Source of the DNA: an uncultured Haloferula sp.
GTDB lineage: Bacteria > Verrucomicrobiota > Verrucomicrobiia > Verrucomicrobiales > Akkermansiaceae
Direction: 5' to 3'
Length of the DNA stretch: 64,000 bases
Assembly (NCBI GenBank): GCA_965652295.1
Contig: CBFGTS010000016.1
Location: 1-64,000, forward strand
Both the position numbers and the translations under genes were made by a program. Position 1 is the stretch's first letter, and each line of letters opens with the position of its first letter. The notes under the pieces are model-generated. The model searched no databases. It saw only the letters and a program-made list of their open reading frames with translations, and had not been told where the DNA came from. Shown piece after piece: positions 57,836 through 64,000 of the stretch.

Positions 57836-59419
57836 TCATTCGCCGAACTGGACCGGCGCGCGGTTCAGCTGGTTCACGAAGTGTTGGTTGTCGATATGGG
57901 AGACGTTGAACATCCACACCGCGTCGCCGAGGCCGTCGGGGACATCGGCGAGGTCGGTGCTGTCCGGGTGCTGGACGCAGACGGCGAACTCGGTCGGAAT
58001 GGCCGGGTTCCAGATCATGCCGGTGGCTTCCGAGCCATCGACGCGAAGGCTGAGGAAATGGTCGAGCGACTCGCCGACGCCATCGTTGTTGACGTCGCGC
58101 ACCATCCAGATGTCGCCTCCGGTGCTGGAACTGTTCGGGGAATCCTCGATGACGTAAATGTTGCCGAGAGCGTCGATGGCGAGGTTGTCGGGCGAATTGA
58201 GGGTGCCGCTGGTGCCGGCGAAGCCAGCGTTTTTCGGGGTGCCGGCTTCGCTGGCGAAGACGCGGACGATCGCCTTGCCGCTCGGGCCGGCTGGCTGCGG
58301 TGAGGCCCAGGGATTGAAATGAGCACCGCGGCTGCGGTGGGAGCGGTTCCAACCCCACCAGCCCCGGCGTGCCGGGTTTTCGAGGATCTCAATGGAATAG
58401 ACGGACGCCTCCGAAGTGGCGGTGAAGTAGATGACCTCGTTGCCGTTGGCGAGGCGGCTGATGGCCATGTCCTCGGGACGACCGAAAGGCGTGCCCCCGG
58501 CGTCGTTCGCCGCGACGCGGCCGGCGCGATAGGACAGGTTGTCGAAGTCATCGACGAAGGGATCGGTGATGCCCGGCAGCGGCGTGCCGCTGGCGTCGGT
58601 CAGCGGCACCCAGGTGGCGGCACCGGTGCGGGTGGCCGCGCCATTGGTGGCGCTGTTCCAGTTTTCAGATGACGAGCCTTGGAAGGCATCCACGGAAAGG
58701 ATGAAGGTTTGGCCTTGGGTGTAGTCGCCTGCGGTGGACATCACGAACTTGTAGATCGAGCCCGAATTGTCCTCGTCCACGAAGTAGATCGTGTCGTTGA
58801 ACTTCTTCGAGAAGTTGATGCCTTCGTGGGAGACGTTGGCGATGCTATCGAGCACCCGGGCTTCGACATCCCCGGCGGAGGCGAAGGGATTGAGGACCTC
58901 GACCACGCGGCCGGTGCCGGCCCATTCCTCGGCGAGGAAAAGGGTGCCGTTCGGGGTGAATCGGCACGGGTCGAATGCGCCGAAGTCGTTGGTATAGTCA
59001 CCGGTTTCCCCCTGGCCATCGCCTTGGAAGATCAGCTCGGCATGGTTGTCGTAGACGCTGTAGCGGGTGACGCCGGCGCTCCACTGCGTTTCATGAGGGA
59101 TGAAGAGGTATTCGCCGTTCGGATCGTAGGCGATCATGTCGAACATCGAGGCGTTGCTGCCGAGGTTGGCGGCGCGGAGGGTGGATTGGCCGTAGCTGAG
59201 GACTTCGTCCTCGACCTCGCGGAGGCTGAGAACATTTTTCTGGCTGATGCCGGCGGGAGAAACCCAGGGCGAGGTGAGTTCCTCCGCCGAGTTCGGAGAG
59301 GTGACGGGTGCGGATTCGGTCAGTGGTGTGAACCAGACCGGCGTGCCGGCGAAGGAGGCGCCGGAGGTGGCGACAAGGGCGGCCAGGAGAAGCTGGCGGC
59401 GGGTGACAAGGCGTTTCAT
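57836..59419 (-). CDS. phoX: PhoX/DUF839-family alkaline phosphatase, Tat-exported
   Basis: TRRQLL twin-Arg signal; PHET, TPNGTLFLAEE, SHEG, GRPED, SPDNL, IED, SEATG, VQHP. Confidence 0.85.
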   Translation of the reverse strand: MKRLVTRRQLLLAALVATSGASFAGTPVWFTPLTESAPVTSPNSAEELTSPWVSPAGISQKNVLSLREVEDEVLSYGQSTLRAANLGSNASMFDMIAYDPNGEYLFIPHETQWSAGVTRYSVYDNHAELIFQGDGQGETGDYTNDFGAFDPCRFTPNGTLFLAEEWAGTGRVVEVLNPFASAGDVEARVLDSIANVSHEGINFSKKFNDTIYFVDEDNSGSIYKFVMSTAGDYTQGQTFILSVDAFQGSSSENWNSATNGAATRTGAATWVPLTDASGTPLPGITDPFVDDFDNLSYRAGRVAANDAGGTPFGRPEDMAISRLANGNEVIYFTATSEASVYSIEILENPARRGWWGWNRSHRSRGAHFNPWASPQPAGPSGKAIVRVFASEAGTPKNAGFAGTSGTLNSPDNLAIDALGNIYVIEDSPNSSSTGGDIWMVRDVNNDGVGESLDHFLSLRVDGSEATGMIWNPAIPTEFAVCVQHPDSTDLADVPDGLGDAVWMFNVSHIDNQHFVNQLNRAPVQFGE

Positions 59420-59621
59420 GTGTTTCGTAGTTTGATTGCTGGTGCCAGTGGGCGCGGAGAATGACGCGCCCGGCCCGGGAGCCTCTGAGGGATTGATCGC
59501 CCCGGGACATCTCCTTTAGGGTGCCGGTTGTTTCACATGGCGGTTTCGTCGCTTTCCAGTCGCTGCGAGATCGTGTTTGATGAGATGGGCCGGTCGGCCA
59601 TGGGGGCAGACCAAGCGGGGT

Positions 59622-59664
59622 CGTCACATGGGTCCGGAGCACTCGTGACGGAAGCGTCACATGG
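59622..59664. promoter_or_regulatory. Pho-box-like direct repeats
   Basis: CGTCACA at 59622 and 59655, CGTGACG at 59644 (11-bp phasing); also TTTCACATGG at 59531. Confidence 0.45.
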
Positions 59665-59717
59665 GGCGGCTTCATGGATGGCGGCGGGGCGGCTACGCCC
59701 TTCCCGCTTCCCGCCCG

Positions 59718-62700
59718 ATGCACGCTCTCCGTTTTCCGCTCCCCACACCGGCCGTCCTCACGCGTCGCCTGAGGAAATGCATCGCGGTCGCCGCAATTCT
59801 CAGCGGGCTTGGCGGCCTGGTCCTGCCGGTTTCCGCCGAGGGGTTGCCGCAGGCGGCCGGGGTCTTCACCTTCGAGGAGTTCTCTTCCCTGCTTCCGCAA
59901 AAGGACGGCTCGCCCCGCGGTGTGGTGCGCTTTGAAACCGCCGCGGCCGGTTTCCTGCTGGCGGATGAGGAATCCCTCCCGGCGTGGCGATACCTGCGAT
60001 GGACGATGCCGCCGGGCCCATGGGCGGGAACTACGATGGATCTCGTGGATGCGTCCGGCATCGGGCTCGCGCCGCCGGAGGGCGGGGAGGATCTCGAGGG
60101 TCCGTGGGTTCCCGGCGATGTCGCTCAAGGTCCCGCTCCGGTTGCGAAAGGCGAACTTGCCGGCAATCCGCTGCCGATCGAGCAGCGCGCCGGTACCGCC
60201 GTGCTGGAGGGCGAGGTTTCCGACGTGACGACGCTCGAACCCATCGCCGGGGCGATCGTCTCCGTGACCGGAACCGGCCGCGAGGACGAGACGGATGCCC
60301 AGGGGCGCTTCCGCATCACGAATCTACCCGAAGGCAACGCCACCGTGGAAGCGTTGAAGCTCGGCTACTCGACCGGCACCGCGGCAGCGACTTTGCGGAA
60401 CGGCACCACCGCCGAAGTTCGCATCGCCTTGCGGGTGAAATCCCAGGACACCCATGAGGGCGAATACATGCTGGCGGAGGAGTCGATTGTCGGGGAATAC
60501 AACGAGTCGAATCAGGGGGATTTCAATCTGGATCTGGATCTTTCGACACCGACGCTCCGGAGCGGGATGACCGAGGAGGAGTTCACCAAGGCGGCGGTGA
60601 GTGACGCGGGCGAAGCGTTGGAGAAAGTGTCGGGTGCCAACGTCGTGGATGGAGCTTTCGCGGTGGTTCGAGGACTGGCCGACCGTTACGTGACGACCAC
60701 GCTCAATGGCGGTCAGATTTCCTCGGCGGTGCCCGACCGAAAGGCGGTGCGGCTGGACCTTTTCCCGACCTCCGCGATGCGGGCGATCGTGGTAGACAAG
60801 CTTTATCGGGAGCCGTTGCTCGGCGACTTCGGCGGCGCTGCGATCGATCTTCAAACCAAAATCTTCCCCTCCGAGCCGGTGGTCGATTTCAAGTACAAGC
60901 AAGAGTTCAATCCGTCCCTGCCGGATTACATCCTGCTGCCGAACGACAGTGATCTGGGGTATTTCAGCAGTCTCGGCGGCGGTCGGAAGATCAATCTGGA
61001 CTCGCTCATCGGCGACAATGGCTTTCTCATTCCCGGTCAGCCGACGAAAAGCGCGGGGGCCCCGCCGACGGTGCCCGAGGCGCAGGCGGCCTGGCTCGCA
61101 CTGTTCGACTCGCGAGACCTGCGTCCGAGTGCCCGAAGAAGTCGGGACGAGGAGTCCTTCAGTGCGACGATCGGAAACACGTATTCCCTATCGGATGACC
61201 TCAAGTTCGGATTCCTGATCGCGGGCGGGGCCAAATCGGAAGACAGCTACAATGCGACGGAAGTTCTTCAGGTGAACGGAACCACGTGGGATGAAGAGGA
61301 GTTCCAGCGCCAGTATGAATGGAACCTCTACGCGGCGGCGGGCCTCAAGTTCAGGGACCAGCACGAGATCACCGCCACCTATTTCCGAAAAAACATTACT
61401 CAGGACAACGTCACGACGGCCCGCAACATCGAGGATGGGGAGATTTACGGCACGCCGGAATTCTTCAACGCTACCACAAGGCTTTATGGTGCGGCGGCGA
61501 CGCTTCGTGGGAATTTTGAAGAGATCGATCCGCTGGAGCAGGATCTTGAACTGCTCCAGTTCGCCGGGAAACATCAGTTCGGTGAGCGGGGACCTACTCT
61601 CAAGTGGGCCTTCACCGAGTCCGACGCCCTTGAGGAGCGGCCGAACTACTCGCTCTTCCAGTGGACCACGCTCGACTTCACGGACGACCAGGCTTTCGAC
61701 CTTGCCCGTGGGATCGAGAACCAACGGCTCTTTAGCCAGATTGCCCGATCGTTTCCAGACGCTCCCACGTTCCAGTCCCTTGATGAAGCGGGGGAATTCC
61801 TGCTTTCCAAGGGTGTTCCGCAGGCGAGCGTGACGCGGGCGCTGGATGCGGTGCTCGCGCGATACCCGGTGGTCGATCCTTCGCTTGGGGCCATCGATAC
61901 CCTGGCTCTCCTCGCGATCACCCAGCAGGCGGGGCCAGGCAATTACTCGCCGAGAACTACTCAGAAGATTGAGGAGAACACGGTGGACCAGCGGCTCGAC
62001 CTGGATGTTCCTTACTATTTCAGTGAGGACGATGAGACCGCCGGGGTGCGGCTTAATATGGGGTTTTCCAATGTGGAGAAGGAGCGCACTTCGCAAATCT
62101 CCATCTTTGACCTCATTCCCGAGTTTCAGGACGCCGCGGGCAACAACATCTACGGCCTGCCCGAGGAGCTGTTGGTCCAGCTTGGAGAGGAGTTCGTCAA
62201 CAACCCGCAGCTCCTGCGCGACTTCATCACGGGTTACTGGGCGGGCTCGATTTACTTCAACGACAACACGCTGGGCAACAACCTCAGTCCGCCAGCGCAG
62301 TTGATCAACAACGTCGAGGGCAGCCACAAGATCACCTCGCACTACCTGGGTGGTGAGATCTTCCGCGACGATTGGTTCCTGCGCGGAGGCGTTCGCTATG
62401 AAAAGGAAGAGCGTTCGGCGGTGATCCTCGATCCCTCACCCATCCTGCCACCCGAGTTTCAGAACCTTCAGCCCAGCAACTATGAGGAGCTGCTGCCGAC
62501 CCTTACCGCGGGCTCGAACTACTTCGATGGCAAGGTGAAGCTGATCGCCGGTTGGTCCCGCACCGCAGCCCGCCCGACCTTCTACGAATGGCTGCCGACG
62601 AAATCGATCGACCTCTCGACCGGTTTCATCCGGCAGGGCAATCCGTTCCTTGAGAACTCGGAGGTCACAAACTATGACCTCGCGATCGAGTATCTCTTGA

Positions 62701-63311
62701 ATCCGAGCACCAGCGCGCGGGTCAGCTTTTTCCACAAGACCATCACGGCGCCGGTGATTGAGCAGCGGTTGACCTCCGATTTCATCACCTATAGCAACGG
62801 GGAGGACAGCAGCCTGAGCGGCGTCGAGTTCGAGTTGGATATCCAGGATCTCGGCCCCTTCTCCCTCGGCGCGAATTTTACCTACATCAATGCGGAGCTG
62901 CTATATGAGGTGGAGAATCCGTCGACCGGTCTTGATGAGATCACCGCAGTCCAGTTCCCCTACCAGCCCGAGTGGCTCGCCAACTTCAATCTTGGGTATG
63001 AGCACGAAAAATGGGGCCTCGCTGTCAATCTGATCTATAACTTCACCGGGGCCTACAACACGATCCTGCGGCGAACGGAGGCGGATCCGAATCTGGAGCA
63101 GCAGTCGACACAGTCGATCGACCTGGTGTTGCGAAAGACCTGGGAGGATGTGATGGGCGTGGAGTTCGAGCTGGGTGCGGGGGTGAAGAACCTGTTCGCG
63201 ACGGACCGTGAACTGGTCTGGCGCGGCGGCGCGCCGACGATTGATGGCAGAACCCATCGCACCATCGACGCGCAGCGAACCTACTTCGTTGAGATGAAGT
63301 GCTCGTTCTGA
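59718..63311 (+). CDS. TonB-dependent receptor with carboxypeptidase-regulatory-like N-domain
   Basis: TLEPIAGAIVSV..ETDAQGRF; plug SDAGEALEKVSG..VVRGLADRY..RKAVRLDLFP; RPTFYE, GNPFL; terminal Phe; start uncertain (59661-59718). Confidence 0.9.
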   Translation: MHALRFPLPTPAVLTRRLRKCIAVAAILSGLGGLVLPVSAEGLPQAAGVFTFEEFSSLLPQKDGSPRGVVRFETAAAGFLLADEESLPAWRYLRWTMPPGPWAGTTMDLVDASGIGLAPPEGGEDLEGPWVPGDVAQGPAPVAKGELAGNPLPIEQRAGTAVLEGEVSDVTTLEPIAGAIVSVTGTGREDETDAQGRFRITNLPEGNATVEALKLGYSTGTAAATLRNGTTAEVRIALRVKSQDTHEGEYMLAEESIVGEYNESNQGDFNLDLDLSTPTLRSGMTEEEFTKAAVSDAGEALEKVSGANVVDGAFAVVRGLADRYVTTTLNGGQISSAVPDRKAVRLDLFPTSAMRAIVVDKLYREPLLGDFGGAAIDLQTKIFPSEPVVDFKYKQEFNPSLPDYILLPNDSDLGYFSSLGGGRKINLDSLIGDNGFLIPGQPTKSAGAPPTVPEAQAAWLALFDSRDLRPSARRSRDEESFSATIGNTYSLSDDLKFGFLIAGGAKSEDSYNATEVLQVNGTTWDEEEFQRQYEWNLYAAAGLKFRDQHEITATYFRKNITQDNVTTARNIEDGEIYGTPEFFNATTRLYGAAATLRGNFEEIDPLEQDLELLQFAGKHQFGERGPTLKWAFTESDALEERPNYSLFQWTTLDFTDDQAFDLARGIENQRLFSQIARSFPDAPTFQSLDEAGEFLLSKGVPQASVTRALDAVLARYPVVDPSLGAIDTLALLAITQQAGPGNYSPRTTQKIEENTVDQRLDLDVPYYFSEDDETAGVRLNMGFSNVEKERTSQISIFDLIPEFQDAAGNNIYGLPEELLVQLGEEFVNNPQLLRDFITGYWAGSIYFNDNTLGNNLSPPAQLINNVEGSHKITSHYLGGEIFRDDWFLRGGVRYEKEERSAVILDPSPILPPEFQNLQPSNYEELLPTLTAGSNYFDGKVKLIAGWSRTAARPTFYEWLPTKSIDLSTGFIRQGNPFLENSEVTNYDLAIEYLLNPSTSARVSFFHKTITAPVIEQRLTSDFITYSNGEDSSLSGVEFELDIQDLGPFSLGANFTYINAELLYEVENPSTGLDEITAVQFPYQPEWLANFNLGYEHEKWGLAVNLIYNFTGAYNTILRRTEADPNLEQQSTQSIDLVLRKTWEDVMGVEFELGAGVKNLFATDRELVWRGGAPTIDGRTHRTIDAQRTYFVEMKCSF

Positions 63312-63451
63312 GCGGCGGATCGATGGGTGACGGAGGATGTGACGAATCCGTTTCATCAAAGTGGTCTGCGGATGCCGGGGCGATTTCTAGGGTCCCTCGC
63401 CGCCCGATGAGAATCAGTGCGAAGGGTGGCAAATCTAGTCGTCTCCAACCT

Positions 63452-64000
63452 ATGAAACAACATTACCCCATGAATCCTGCGTGGATCGCAGGTCTGCTTA
63501 GCCTCGGTGCGGTCGCCGCATCCCAGGCAGCGGATATTGACGTGGTCGCCACGCAACTGGCTGCCACCGACAAAAATGGCATCAACTGGGGAACCCCCGT
63601 TCTCGCCACCGATACCACCTGGACCGCCGACAATATCTACATCCTGACGGATCGCGTGTATGTGACCGACGGTACGACGTTGACCATCGAGCCCGGCACC
63701 AGGATTTACAGCACCAATAGCGACCCGCTGAACACCCCAGGGGATCCGTCCGACGACTCGGTGGGTTCGGTGATCATCTCCCGCGGTGCGAAGATCGAAG
63801 CTGCTGGCACCGCCAACGCGCCGATCATTTTTGACGCCATTGAAAATCTCGAAGCCGAGCGTGGCGTCGATCTCAACGGTGATTCGGTGGTGGCCTCCGC
63901 TCTTGGAGCCAGCGACACGGCGAAGTGGGGCGGCCTGATCGTTCTCGGCAACGCCTCAATCTCGCTGGTCAATACCAGCTCCCAGCCAGTCCGCAACGAC
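63452..64000 (+). CDS. Secreted beta-helix protein, ElpS-like (partial; runs off the window end)
   Basis: Not in the ORF track; my translation reads MKQHYPMNPAWIAGLLSLGAVAASQA...TWTADNIYILTDRVYVTDGTTLTIEPGT...IISRGAKIEAAGTANAPIIF...KWGGLIVLGNA, open to 64000. Confidence 0.8.
   Translation, partial: MKQHYPMNPAWIAGLLSLGAVAASQAADIDVVATQLAATDKNGINWGTPVLATDTTWTADNIYILTDRVYVTDGTTLTIEPGTRIYSTNSDPLNTPGDPSDDSVGSVIISRGAKIEAAGTANAPIIFDAIENLEAERGVDLNGDSVVASALGASDTAKWGGLIVLGNASISLVNTSSQPVRND

Overview
High-GC bacterial chromosome segment, most likely Verrucomicrobiota (Luteolibacter/Haloferula-like; inferred from the PEP-CTERM, SHD1 and verrucomicrobial-type C-terminal domains). From left to right: argJ-argC, tRNA-Pro(GGG), a fatty acid desaturase, secreted proteins, an ArsR + CoA-disulfide reductase/rhodanese pair, a PilH/PilI/PilG-like ABC module with a phosphoesterase and MutT, a ClC channel, and a NitT/TauT-family ABC importer. 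Next is a decaying flavin-dependent halogenase locus (two intact genes, an 87-bp N-terminal duplicate, a frameshifted Trp-halogenase remnant and a cation:proton antiporter stub), then a CNNM protein, a VapBC pair, a large surface protein and YitT. A putative metal-uptake locus follows (ZnuD-like TonB receptor plus two choice-of-anchor-M/TIGR03769-like surface proteins with shared TGCA-N7-TGCA boxes), interrupted by nrfHA with a CxxCH-type active-site heme. The right half holds a GH43/GH92/mannose locus with twin operators, a HerA-like ATPase, a TetR-controlled RND pump, and a putative phosphate-scavenging locus (Tat-exported PhoX + diheme cytochrome c, divergent from a TonB receptor and an ElpS-like protein truncated by the window end). 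No CRISPR array, rRNA, integrase or intact transposase was seen. All family calls come from recognising motifs by eye, not from database searches.
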